A stretch of 48,490 nucleotides of DNA from assembly GCA_001915225.1 (NCBI GenBank), contig MNQC01000103.1:2440-50929 (forward strand), written 5' to 3'. Source of the DNA: Collinsella sp. 60_9. Its GTDB lineage: Bacteria; Actinomycetota; Coriobacteriia; Coriobacteriales; Coriobacteriaceae. The notes beneath the pieces are model-generated. The model worked only from the letters and a program-made list of their open reading frames with translations. It searched no databases and was not told the origin of the DNA. Within the stretch, counting starts at the first letter, position 1. Every line of letters begins with the position of its first letter. Positions 40,418-48,490 of the stretch are shown piece after piece. A program made the translations under genes and the position numbers.

Positions 40418-41536
40418 ATGTCCCATAGCGTTACCGATAGCACCGTCCTGTTGGGCCACGGCTCTGGCGGTCAGATGATGAAACGCATCATCGATGAGGT
40501 CTTTTTGGATGCCTTTGGGTCGCCCGAGTTGCTCGAGGGCAACGATGCCGGCGTCGCCGCGCTGCCCGCGAGCGGGCGCATCGCCATGTCGACCGACAGC
40601 TTTGTAGTCTCGCCGCAGTTCTTCCCCGGTGGCAACATCGGCCGCCTCGCCGTGTGCGGAACCGTTAACGATGTCGCGACCTCGGGCGCCAACGTGCGCT
40701 ACCTGTCGTGCGGCTTTATCCTTGAAGAGGGCTATCCCATGGATAAGCTCCGCCAGATTGTGCAGACGATGGCCGAAACGGCGCATGAGGCGGGCGTGTC
40801 CATAATCACGGGCGACACCAAGGTGGTCGAGCGCGGCGGGGCCGACGGCGTCTACATCAATACCGCCGGCGTGGGCGAGGTTCCCACGGGCGTGGCGCTC
40901 AGCGGCGCCAACTGCCGCCCCGGCGATGTCATCCTGGTCTCGGGTACGCTGGGCGACCACGGCATCGCCATCATGAGCCAACGCGAGGGCTTGGCGTTTT
41001 CGAGCACGATCGAAAGCGATGCCGCACCGCTCAACCACCTGATTGCCGACGTTCTGGCCGCAGCACCCGACACACGCTGCTTCCGCGACCCCACGCGCGG
41101 TGGCCTGGCCTCGACGCTCAACGAGTTTGCGCAGGCCAGCGGCGTTGCCATGGAGATCGACGAGGACGATGTGCCCGTGCGCCCCGACGTGCAGGCAGCC
41201 TGCGAGATGCTCGGCTACGATGTGCTGCAGGTGGCAAACGAGGGCAAGATGGTTGCCGTCGTGCCGGCCGAGCAAGCCGATGCCGCGCTGAGCGCCATGC
41301 GCGCCGCCCGCTACGGCGAGAATGCCGCCGTCATCGGTCGCGTGCTGCCGCTTGCCGAGGGCGCCCGTCCCGCCGTGCGCGTGCGCACCGGCTGGGGTTC
41401 GACCCGCATCCTCGACATCCCTGGAGATGTTCAGATTCCAAGCACGCCCAACGCGGAAGCCCAGTATTATGAGGTGCGTTTTAAATCCAATGACGGGAGC
41501 TTTCATGGCAGCAGCTTTTTCCCATGTGATCTTTGA
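40418..41536 (+). CDS. hypE: Hydrogenase maturation protein HypE; native C-terminus replaced after ~41417
   Basis: GHGSGG, STDSFVV, CGTVNDVA, GDTKVV, RDPTRGG, ANEGK. After TRILD the expected PRIC end is absent and an unrelated tail overlaps the next gene. Confidence 0.9.
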   Translation: MSHSVTDSTVLLGHGSGGQMMKRIIDEVFLDAFGSPELLEGNDAGVAALPASGRIAMSTDSFVVSPQFFPGGNIGRLAVCGTVNDVATSGANVRYLSCGFILEEGYPMDKLRQIVQTMAETAHEAGVSIITGDTKVVERGGADGVYINTAGVGEVPTGVALSGANCRPGDVILVSGTLGDHGIAIMSQREGLAFSSTIESDAAPLNHLIADVLAAAPDTRCFRDPTRGGLASTLNEFAQASGVAMEIDEDDVPVRPDVQAACEMLGYDVLQVANEGKMVAVVPAEQADAALSAMRAARYGENAAVIGRVLPLAEGARPAVRVRTGWGSTRILDIPGDVQIPSTPNAEAQYYEVRFKSNDGSFHGSSFFPCDL

Positions 41537-42173
41537 CCTGGACGGCACCATCCTCAACACGCTCGAGGACCTGGCGGCCGCCGGCAACCATACCTGCGAG
41601 ACGCACGGCTGGCCCACGTTTGCCGTCGACGAGTACCGCTACAAGGTGGGAAACGGCATGCTCAAGCTGGTTGAGCGTTTTATGCCTGCCGAGTATGCGG
41701 GCGACGGCCGTATGTTTGAGCAGACGCTTGCCGAGTTTAGGGCTTACTACGGCGAGCACAAGGAGGACCACACCGCCCCCTATGCCGGCACAATCGAGAT
41801 GCTCGACCGCCTGCGCGCCGCGGGTGTGCAGCTAGCCGTGCTCACTAACAAGGACCACGTCTCGGCGGCTCCGCTTATCGAAAAATACTTTGGTTCCGAG
41901 CGCTTTGCGCTGGTACAGGGCCGTGTTGATGCGTTTCCGCCCAAGCCCGAAGCACCCGTCACGCTGCATGTGATGGAGGAGCTGGGCGCCAATCCGGCAA
42001 CCACGCTCTATGTGGGCGATTCCAATGTCGATATCCTGACCGGTCACAACGCCGGCCTTAAGAGCGCGGGCGTCAGCTGGGGCTTCCGCGGCCGCGCAGA
42101 GCTGGAAGCCGCCGGCGCCGACTACGTGGTGGACACCCAGGACGAGCTCGCAGCGCTGATCCTGGGCGAGTAA
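41505..42173 (+). CDS. HAD-superfamily phosphatase (phosphoglycolate phosphatase-like)
   Basis: FDLDGT, LTNK, KP, YVGDSNVD, GVSWGFR. Confidence 0.92.
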   Translation: MAAAFSHVIFDLDGTILNTLEDLAAAGNHTCETHGWPTFAVDEYRYKVGNGMLKLVERFMPAEYAGDGRMFEQTLAEFRAYYGEHKEDHTAPYAGTIEMLDRLRAAGVQLAVLTNKDHVSAAPLIEKYFGSERFALVQGRVDAFPPKPEAPVTLHVMEELGANPATTLYVGDSNVDILTGHNAGLKSAGVSWGFRGRAELEAAGADYVVDTQDELAALILGE

Positions 42174-42214
42174 CGAGCGACACTGCTTAACGCAGCTGCG
42201 ACAATTCTTCCGCG

Positions 42215-42386
42215 CAGAAAGCGCATCCCGTTTTGGAGCTCCGGAATGGGATATGCTTTCCGTTTGAGGCACATCAGGGAAACCGCATCCCGTTTCAGAA
42301 CAATATTCCGGGTCGCACTTTCCGCAACCCACCCCATCCGGAAAATGCGACCCACTATTCGGCCAAAAACCGGGTCGCGGTTTCCC
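42215..42386. repeat. 172-bp three-hairpin element, copy 3
   Basis: 48-bp modules starting at 42215, 42277, 42339. Confidence 0.85.
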
Positions 42387-42403
42387 AAGCACTCGGTGCA
42401 ACG

Positions 42404-42457
42404 CTGGCACAAGGAGTGTCCCCAACTGCCGGCAGAAAAGGAACGTCCCCAGCTGCC
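42404..42457. repeat. Two tandem REP-like GTCCCC-loop hairpins
   Basis: GGCA-CAAGGAGTGTCCCCAAC-TGCC and GGCAG-AAAAGGAACGTCCCCAG-CTGCC. Confidence 0.65.
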
Positions 42458-42483
42458 GCCTTCCCAATGACTACTTCAGCGAT

Positions 42484-42671
42484 GGCAACGTCGCAGGTAA
42501 AAGTGCCACTTTAAGCCAACCAAGGGAACGAAAGCCCGCCAGAGCGAGCAAGGTGCCTTGAAACAAGGCGGCATTGACCTTTTGGTCATGCCGCCGAAGT
42601 TGAAAGGCAGATTGCCGCTCTGGCGGGCTTGCAGCGTCGAGCAGTTGCGGCGTTTGGTAAAACGCCGCAAC
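42484..42671 (+). repeat. Dispersed structured repeat, copy D
   Basis: AAGCCCGCCAGAGCG.GCAAGGTG-CCTT-GAAA...TGACCTTTTGGTC...TTGA-AAGG-CAGATTGC-CGCTCTGGCGGGCTT-GCAGCGTC...GTTGCGGCGTTTGGTAAAACGCCGCAAC. Confidence 0.88.
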
Positions 42672-42674
42672 GAA

Positions 42675-43232
42675 CTAGCTCAACATTGCATCCATCATCT
42701 CGGAGTTGACGGAGTCGTCGGCAGACCACTCGCCGTCGTCGTTGCAGGTGTACTTGAAGATGACCGTGGTCTTCCTGGGCTCGGTGGCCTTGGTCACATC
42801 GACCATGACCTGACCGGCCATCTTGTACAGCTCGTCATCGGAAGGAACCGTATCAAGCGCAGCGACCTTCTCCTGATACTGGGTGGAGAAGTCCTCGACG
42901 ATCTTGTTCATAGACTTGCAGGTGATAGAGACCTCGGCGGTCGCGACACCCTTGTCCTCGTCGACCGTCACGTCGCCGATCTTGTAGTCAAAGCCCTCGA
43001 GATAGGTCTTGGCGTACTCCTTGGGATCGATACCCAGCTGCTCGAACTCGTCGCCCGAAGCCTCCTCCAGACCAGAGAGGAAGTCGTCGCCACCGTTCTT
43101 GACCTCGTCAAACTGTGTCGTAAGATCCTCGGTGATGAGCTCCTCAACCGAAGGACCTCCACAGCCGGAAAGTACGACCACGCATGCAACCAAGACGGCC
43201 ATGAGGGGCGCAAGCAGCAGCTTCTTTTTCAT
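42675..43232 (-). CDS. Acidic lipoprotein of unknown function
   Basis: MKKKLLLAPLMAVLVACVVVLSG-C lipobox; RBS GGGAGG. Confidence 0.85.
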   Translation of the reverse strand: MKKKLLLAPLMAVLVACVVVLSGCGGPSVEELITEDLTTQFDEVKNGGDDFLSGLEEASGDEFEQLGIDPKEYAKTYLEGFDYKIGDVTVDEDKGVATAEVSITCKSMNKIVEDFSTQYQEKVAALDTVPSDDELYKMAGQVMVDVTKATEPRKTTVIFKYTCNDDGEWSADDSVNSEMMDAMLS

Positions 43233-43413
43233 GTTGTTCCTCCCAATGAGCGGCACCGCGCTTCCCGGACGCGGCACACGTTGTAATAAGTAAGCCCATA
43301 CTATCCACTTATGAACACCCTCGGCAACGCGAAGGCGCGGTCGGTTCGTTTTAGCGTCCGAACGGTTTGCAAGCCCGCCCAACGTGCAATAAAACGCTTC
43401 CCCGCGATGCAAT

Positions 43414-43445
43414 AAAAAAGGTGGCCGGAAAACCCGACCACCCTT
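43414..43445 (-). terminator. Terminator after the PTS EIIA gene
   Basis: Minus strand GGTGGTCGG-GTTTT-CCGGCCACC followed by TTTTTT. Confidence 0.75.
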
Positions 43446-43468
43446 GCACATCCTTTGGATGCCGCAGT

Positions 43469-44005
43469 TTACTTGCGGACGACCTTAACGATGGCGTCAC
43501 CGGCGGCGACGGCGGACTCTGCCTCAACGGTGAGCTCGACGTCGGCAAACTCGGCGGTGTTGGACACGGCCACCACGACGCAGTCCTTATAACCAGCAGC
43601 GGCGATCTTGGCACGGTCGATCTTGAGTATGGGCTGGCCGGCCTTCACAACGTCGTCGGCCTTGACGAAGCCCTCGAAGCCATCGCCGTTCATGTTGACA
43701 GTATCGACGCCAACGTGCACCAGAACCTCGATGCCGCTATCGGACTGCAGACCCACGGCGTGACCCATGGTGACGGTCACCTTGCCGTCGCAGGGAGCGT
43801 AGACCAGGTCGTCCTCGGGCCACACGGCGCAGCCCTTGCCCAGAACCTCGCCACCAAAGACGGGATCGGGCACGTCGGCCATCTTGATGACCTTGCCCTT
43901 GACGGGCGAGCACAGCACGTCGGCGCCGGCAGAAGCAGAGATGGAAGCGGGAGCTGCAGCAGCGGCAGGCTCAGCCTTCTTCTTAAACATGTCAAACAGA
44001 CCCAT
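43469..44005 (-). CDS. crr: PTS glucose-family EIIA (Crr-like)
   Basis: MGLFDMFKKK amphipathic tail; DVPDPVF, GHAVG, LVHVGVDTV. Confidence 0.9.
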   Translation of the reverse strand: MGLFDMFKKKAEPAAAAAPASISASAGADVLCSPVKGKVIKMADVPDPVFGGEVLGKGCAVWPEDDLVYAPCDGKVTVTMGHAVGLQSDSGIEVLVHVGVDTVNMNGDGFEGFVKADDVVKAGQPILKIDRAKIAAAGYKDCVVVAVSNTAEFADVELTVEAESAVAAGDAIVKVVRK

Positions 44006-44279
44006 ACGTTTTCTCCTCTTGATTAAGCGCAACGTTATGCGCATGCCTATGGTGATTATAGTGCCAAATGGTTCAAATGCTAAGGTGGGGACTCGAATCG
44101 CGAGCCCTTCCCGGTAGTGCTCGCGGGACGAGCATCTCCTTTGCATCGCGGGTCGATAAGCCGAGTATCGTCTGCGCACGGGACGGGCAGAAGCGGGCGC
44201 ACCAAACCCGATACTTCTTTTCGCTCTCGAGTCCTGCCGCCGCCCCGTCCCTGACACTTCCTGATACCGACCGAAACGT

Positions 44280-44305
44280 GCCAAAATAAACCCGTCCCTT
44301 TTTGG
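44280..44305. repeat. REP-like GTCCC-loop hairpin
   Basis: CCAAAA-TAAACCCGTCCCT-TTTTGG. Confidence 0.55.
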
Positions 44306-44343
44306 TAGGTTTGGCGAGTGTGGATTTTCGGACGCTTAACTAA

Positions 44344-44417
44344 CGAGCGTGGATAATCTCCCACTTTGACTTTGAGGCCGTCACCGAGCCAAAAACGGGA
44401 GATTATCCACGTTCATT
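44344..44417. repeat. Palindromic element, left of fic
   Basis: CGAGCGTGGATAATCTCCCACTTTGA...CCAAAAACGGGAGATTATCCACGTTCATT. Confidence 0.88.
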
Positions 44418-44458
44418 TTGGATGACCCCCTTGTACCAAGCCGAGCTCCATGGTCAAG

Positions 44459-44561
44459 TAATAACGACTTTTTATCATTAGATTGTTTACATCAATTCTA
44501 ATAACTATTTAATCCTTAAACTCGTTATTAGAATTGATATGATTAGCCTAATAACGAGTTT
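44459..44561. promoter_or_regulatory. AT-rich alternating inverted repeats upstream of fic
   Basis: ATCAATTCTAATAAC (44491) with GTTATTAGAATTGAT (44524); AAACTCGTTATTAG (44518) with CTAATAACGAGTTT (44548). Confidence 0.65.
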
Positions 44562-44587
44562 CCGGCACTAAAGATATGGAGGGCGCG

Positions 44588-45760
44588 ATGCAAATCGAGG
44601 AGAACGGCCAGGGAACGCTCCGCAATAATCTATCGGGGAAATTGGCTTACTATTCGTTTTTTCCAACGCCCTTGCAATCATTGAGGCAGCTAAACCTCAC
44701 CGAGGAAACCTATCGCACGCTTTCCGCATGCTCACGAAAACTTGGAGAGCTTGAAGGCATGCTCTACTTTGTTCCCAACGCCGATATGTATCTGACAATG
44801 TACGTGCGCAAAGAAGCACTCCTTTCTTCGCAAATTGAGGGAACCCAGTGCACGTTTGACGACCTACTTAGTCCATCGCAAACACAACTCCATCATAAAG
44901 ATGTCGCAGACGTCGTGAATTACGTCCGTGCTGTCGACCGCGGCGTAGAACTGCTCAAAAAGATGCCCTTGTGCACGAGACTTCTTAGGCAAGTTCATGC
45001 GGTCCTGCTGGACGGAGTGCGCGGAACGGAGAAGAATCCAGGCGAGCTGCGCTCCTCACAAAACTGGATTGGCCCCTCAGGCTGCACCATTGCAACCGCA
45101 TCGTTTGTCCCTCCAAACATTGAAGATTTGAGTAACACGCTCCAGGACCTCGAACGCTTTATCAATGAGCCTCAAGTCGAAATGGATCCGATTGTGCGGG
45201 CGGCGCTCGTCCATTACCAATTTGAAACTGCCCATCCATTCCTAGACGGAAACGGTCGCCTGGGCAGGCTTCTCATTACACTTATGCTCATCAATGATGG
45301 CGTTCTTCATTCTTGCTTGTTCTATCCATCGTTCCAGTTCAAGAAAAATCGAAGCGAGTACTACCGGCAACTCACATCCGTAAGGGAGAGAGGCACTTAC
45401 GAGGAATGGATAGAGTTTTTCTGCAACAGTCTTCTCGAAAGTGCGAAGGACTCGGTAGGGTCTTTAAAAAACCTTGTTGACCTCCATAACCGTTCCACAG
45501 CAACCATTACCGAAAATCTCGGAAGGACTGCTGCAAACGGGCAAAGGCTGTTGGGCATTCTTGAAGAGCACCCCATCGTCGACACCGCATTCATCGCTGC
45601 CCAACTCGATATCGGCAGGAGTACCGCGAGCTCGCTCGTCAAATCATTTGAAGAATTGGGTATCCTCCGTCCGCTCGACGAGTCAAGACAGAGATACCGG
45701 CAGTACGGGTATGAAGAGTATCTTTCGATTCTCAGGGAAGACGCCGAGCCGATTAGATAG
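44588..45760 (+). CDS. Fic family protein (N-terminal Fic_N region, Fic domain, C-terminal HTH)
   Basis: EALLSSQIEGT inhibitory-type motif, HPFLDGNGRLGR catalytic motif; RBS GGAGG. Confidence 0.92.
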   Translation: MQIEENGQGTLRNNLSGKLAYYSFFPTPLQSLRQLNLTEETYRTLSACSRKLGELEGMLYFVPNADMYLTMYVRKEALLSSQIEGTQCTFDDLLSPSQTQLHHKDVADVVNYVRAVDRGVELLKKMPLCTRLLRQVHAVLLDGVRGTEKNPGELRSSQNWIGPSGCTIATASFVPPNIEDLSNTLQDLERFINEPQVEMDPIVRAALVHYQFETAHPFLDGNGRLGRLLITLMLINDGVLHSCLFYPSFQFKKNRSEYYRQLTSVRERGTYEEWIEFFCNSLLESAKDSVGSLKNLVDLHNRSTATITENLGRTAANGQRLLGILEEHPIVDTAFIAAQLDIGRSTASSLVKSFEELGILRPLDESRQRYRQYGYEEYLSILREDAEPIR

Positions 45761-45785
45761 GCATCGCAACCCAGGCAAATTAAAG

Positions 45786-45853
45786 CGAGCGTGGATAATC
45801 TCCCACTTTGAGCCTGCACACAGGCCAAAAACGGGAGATTATCCACGCTCATT
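45786..45853. repeat. Palindromic element, right of fic
   Basis: CGAGCGTGGATAATCTCCCACTTTGA...CCAAAAACGGGAGATTATCCACGCTCATT; same arms as the left copy, different and shorter centre. Confidence 0.88.
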
Positions 45854-45859
45854 CCTGAG

Positions 45860-45888
45860 TAGTCATTTATGAACGTCCCCAATGACTA
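45860..45888. repeat. REP-like unit
   Basis: TAGTCATTTATGAACGTCCCCAATGACTA; 1 mismatch versus the 22385 units. Confidence 0.85.
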
Positions 45889-45936
45889 GTCCGGCAACGC
45901 CGATGTTTCGGCAACGACAGCGAGCGAGCCGCATTC

Positions 45937-46096
45937 GGAGCAAGACGACGCCGCAGGTAGAGAACGGACAGCGAGCGGGTCGCATTTGAGACAAGGTGAC
46001 GTGAAACGAAAGGGCGCTGACCTTCTGGTCGCGCCCTTGAAGTTGAACGTCAGATTGTCCAAATGCGAGTTACGGCGTTTGGTAAAACGCCGTAAC
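45937..46096 (+). repeat. Dispersed structured repeat, copy E
   Basis: GCAGGTAGAGAACGGACAGCGAGCG.GTCGCATTTG..ACAAGGTG-ACGT-GAAA...TGACCTTCTGGTC...TTGA-ACGT-CAGATTGT.CAAATGCGA-GTTACGGCGTTTGGTAAAACGCCGTAAC. Confidence 0.88.
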
Positions 46097-46776
46097 TAAC
46101 GTGCTCCGTACTGCTCGTAGTAGGCGTCGATGGCGGTCTTGAGCTCGTCGTCGATGACAACCTTGCCGTCGATCTCGTGGTTGTAGAGGGTCTCGACGAC
46201 CTCAGCCATGGAGACGATGCTCGCGACGGGGAAACCGTACTTGGCCTCGATCTCCTTCTGCGCGGTGGTCACACCGCCCTTGCCGACCTCCATGCGGTTG
46301 AGGGACACGATCAGGCCCTTGATCTCGACATCGGCAGCAGCCTTGACCTTGGGATAGGTCTCGTCGATGGACTTGCCGCTGGTGGTAACGTCCTCGACCA
46401 TGACCACACGGTCGCCGTCCTTGGGCTCATAACCCAGCAGGTTGCCCTTATCGGCACCGTGGTCCTTGGCCTCCTTGCGGTCGCAGCAGTACTTGACCTC
46501 CTTGCCGTACAGCTCGTGGTAGGCAATTGCGGTCACGACGGCCAGCGGAATACCCTTGTAGGCCGGTCCAAACAGCACATCAAAGTCGTCGCCAAAGTTA
46601 TCGTGGATGGCCTGGGCGTAATACTCGCCCAGCTTCTTGAGCTGATAGCCCGTCACGTAAGCGCCGGCGTTCATAAAGAACGGGGACTGACGGCCGCTCT
46701 TGAGCGTAAAGCTGCCGAACTTAAGGACGTCGGACTCGACCATAAACTTGATGAACTCTTGCTTGTAAGCCTCCAT
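46096..46776 (-). CDS. pyrE: Orotate phosphoribosyltransferase
   Basis: FGSFTLKSGRQSPFF, LFGPAYKGIPL, RKEAKDHG, VEDVTTSGKS. Confidence 0.96.
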   Translation of the reverse strand: MEAYKQEFIKFMVESDVLKFGSFTLKSGRQSPFFMNAGAYVTGYQLKKLGEYYAQAIHDNFGDDFDVLFGPAYKGIPLAVVTAIAYHELYGKEVKYCCDRKEAKDHGADKGNLLGYEPKDGDRVVMVEDVTTSGKSIDETYPKVKAAADVEIKGLIVSLNRMEVGKGGVTTAQKEIEAKYGFPVASIVSMAEVVETLYNHEIDGKVVIDDELKTAIDAYYEQYGAR

Positions 46777-47002
46777 GCGGGCTCCTCTCGTAATCGCGTA
46801 CGTGCCTTCCAGTTTAGCGCAGGCGAAGCGTCGATGCGGGCGCGCTTTGGGGCCACGGCATTCTGTAAAGGCTTTGTCAGGGGGAATGGTTTTCCGAACA
46901 ATGGGGTTGACATGTCAAACCCCCTCATCAAGAATACGGGCGGATTAAAAAGGGGTACGAGATACCCAAAGCGCGCTGCGCTCAGCCTTTAGGAGGTGTG
47001 CC

Positions 47003-47074
47003 ATGGAAGGCAGTCCTAGTCGAAAAACCTGCATGTCGCCCTCGGCACGCCGCGAGGACTCCGCACACGCATAA
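47003..47074 (+). CDS. Candidate leader peptide (uORF) upstream of mgtA
   Basis: AGGAGG RBS 6 nt before ATG; MEGSPSRKTCMSPSARREDSAHA*. Confidence 0.4.
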   Translation: MEGSPSRKTCMSPSARREDSAHA

Positions 47075-47213
47075 ACGCCACCGGCAGATCGCCAAAACCA
47101 CCGCAAAGGCGCGCTGCACCCTTTGTGGGCTCAAGAGCTTGACGTGAGCGACATCTAGGTTTTTTGAAGCAAATACGACACGTACGCTAACTCCCCTCAA
47201 CAAGGAGGACCCT

Positions 47214-48490
47214 ATGCTGATGCTCAAAACCGTCACGGTACTCGAAGCCATCTCCAAGCGCCGCCGCACGGCGCGCCCTGCCGCTCATACCGGCCTGTCC
47301 AAGAACACCATATTCGCCGCCACCCATAGTGCCGAGGACGCCCTCGTACTGCTTGACGCCACGGCAAACGGCCTCACCGTCGAGCAGGCAACTGAGCGCC
47401 TGAACGCCGTCGGCCCCAACACCATCGAGGCAACGACCAAAACGCTCGCCCGCCGCATCGCCGACGCGTTCATCGATCCCTTCGCCGGCATCCTCGCCGC
47501 GCTCGCACTGGTCTCGCTCTACATCGACGTGCTCGCCGTGCCCGAACCGCAGCGCGACCCCTCCACGGTCATCGTCATCGGCACCATGCTGCTGGTATCG
47601 GGCGGCATGAAGTTTATCCAGGAAGCCCGCAGCGGCAATGCGGCCGAGGCCCTCAAGGACCTGGTCTCCAACACTTGCACCGCCCTGCGCGACGGCGAGC
47701 GCATCGAGATCCCCTTCGACGAGCTCGTCCCCGGCGATGTAATCCGTCTCTCTGCCGGCGATATGGTGCCGGCAGATGCCCGCATCATCACCGCGCGCGA
47801 CCTGTTTGTGATCGAGTCCGCACTCACCGGCGAGAGCGAGGCCGTCGAGAAGACCACCGCCGTCACCGTCGTCGAGGGCGCCGACGGCTCCGCACTGCCA
47901 CTCTCTGCCTGCAAGAACATCGTCTTTGCCGGCACCTCCGTGCAAAACGGCGCCGCCATGGCGCTTGTCGTTGCCACCGGCTCGGACACCTACCTGGGCG
48001 GCATCGCCAAGATGCTCAACGGGCGCGGCGAAAAGAGCGCGTTTGACCGCGGCGTCTCGAGCGTCTCCATGCTGCTGGTGCGCCTGATGCTCGTTATGGC
48101 GCCGGCCGTCTTTGCCATCAACGCCGCCACCAAGGGCAACGTCATCGACGCGCTGCTGTTCGCCACGAGCGTGGCCGTGGGCATCACGCCGCAGATGCTT
48201 CCCGTCATCGTGACCACGAGCCTGTCGCAGGGCGCCAAGGACCTCGCCCGTCGCCAGGTTATCGTCAAGGAGCTGCCGGCGATTCAAAACCTCGGAGCGA
48301 TGGACGTCCTGTGCTGCGACAAGACCGGCACCCTCACCGAAGACCGCATCGTGCTCGAGCGCTACCTCAACACCGATGGCAACGAGGACGCGCGCGTGCT
48401 GCGCCATGCGTTTTTGAACAGCTTCTTCCAGACCGGCCTCAAAAATCTTATCGACCTGGCCGTAATCGACCGTGCCGATGTGACGCCCTC
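47214..48490 (+). CDS. mgtA: Magnesium-translocating P-type ATPase (3' end runs off the window)
   Basis: RBS AAGGAGG; ELVPGDVIRLSAGDMVPAD, ESALTGES, FDRGV, AVGITPQMLPVIV, IQNLGAMDVLCCDKTGTLT, NSFFQTGLKNLID. Confidence 0.92.
   Translation, partial: MLMLKTVTVLEAISKRRRTARPAAHTGLSKNTIFAATHSAEDALVLLDATANGLTVEQATERLNAVGPNTIEATTKTLARRIADAFIDPFAGILAALALVSLYIDVLAVPEPQRDPSTVIVIGTMLLVSGGMKFIQEARSGNAAEALKDLVSNTCTALRDGERIEIPFDELVPGDVIRLSAGDMVPADARIITARDLFVIESALTGESEAVEKTTAVTVVEGADGSALPLSACKNIVFAGTSVQNGAAMALVVATGSDTYLGGIAKMLNGRGEKSAFDRGVSSVSMLLVRLMLVMAPAVFAINAATKGNVIDALLFATSVAVGITPQMLPVIVTTSLSQGAKDLARRQVIVKELPAIQNLGAMDVLCCDKTGTLTEDRIVLERYLNTDGNEDARVLRHAFLNSFFQTGLKNLIDLAVIDRADVTP

Noticed and set aside
46930..47213. 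M-box (ykoK) riboswitch upstream of mgtA
   Set aside because: The conserved M-box segments (e.g. AGGTGAGGCT near the 5' end) could not be found.

Overview
GC-rich chromosomal window from a gut Coriobacteriaceae bacterium, most likely Collinsella (inferred from GC content, the HspR-type heat-shock regulon and gene content; not database-confirmed). Genes in order: beta-glucoside-type PTS EIIBC and a xylose-isomerase-like gene; tRNA-Arg(CCT); mannose-family PTS (IIAB, IIC, IID, DUF956); a TetR / large Fe-S flavo-oxidoreductase / HypA / DUF5692-like module; AAA+DUF4143 ATPase; clpB; YbhJ-like hydratase; dnaK-grpE-dnaJ-hspR; ferredoxin; nadABC-niaR; a LytTR/GHKL two-component pair; trxA; nikR-hypFCDE; HAD phosphatase; lipoprotein; PTS EIIA; Fic; pyrE; mgtA (truncated). 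No transposase, integrase, prophage or CRISPR-cas is visible. The most unusual signal is non-coding. (i) A 110-190 nt structured repeat with compensatory base changes occurs in 5 copies plus 1 fragment. (ii) Three 172-bp elements are each made of three 48-bp hairpins at a 62-bp period, and a fourth three-hairpin array uses a different motif. (iii) Short GTCCC(C)-loop REP-like hairpins recur. (iv) Two accessory genes are bracketed by direct repeats. (v) A 205-bp element with terminal inverted repeats sits inside hypF, and its precise removal restores the reading frame. Several genes (manY, DUF5692-like, a membrane protein, dnaK twice, hypF, hypE) carry short deletions or foreign segments, which most likely reflect mis-assembly rather than true pseudogenes.
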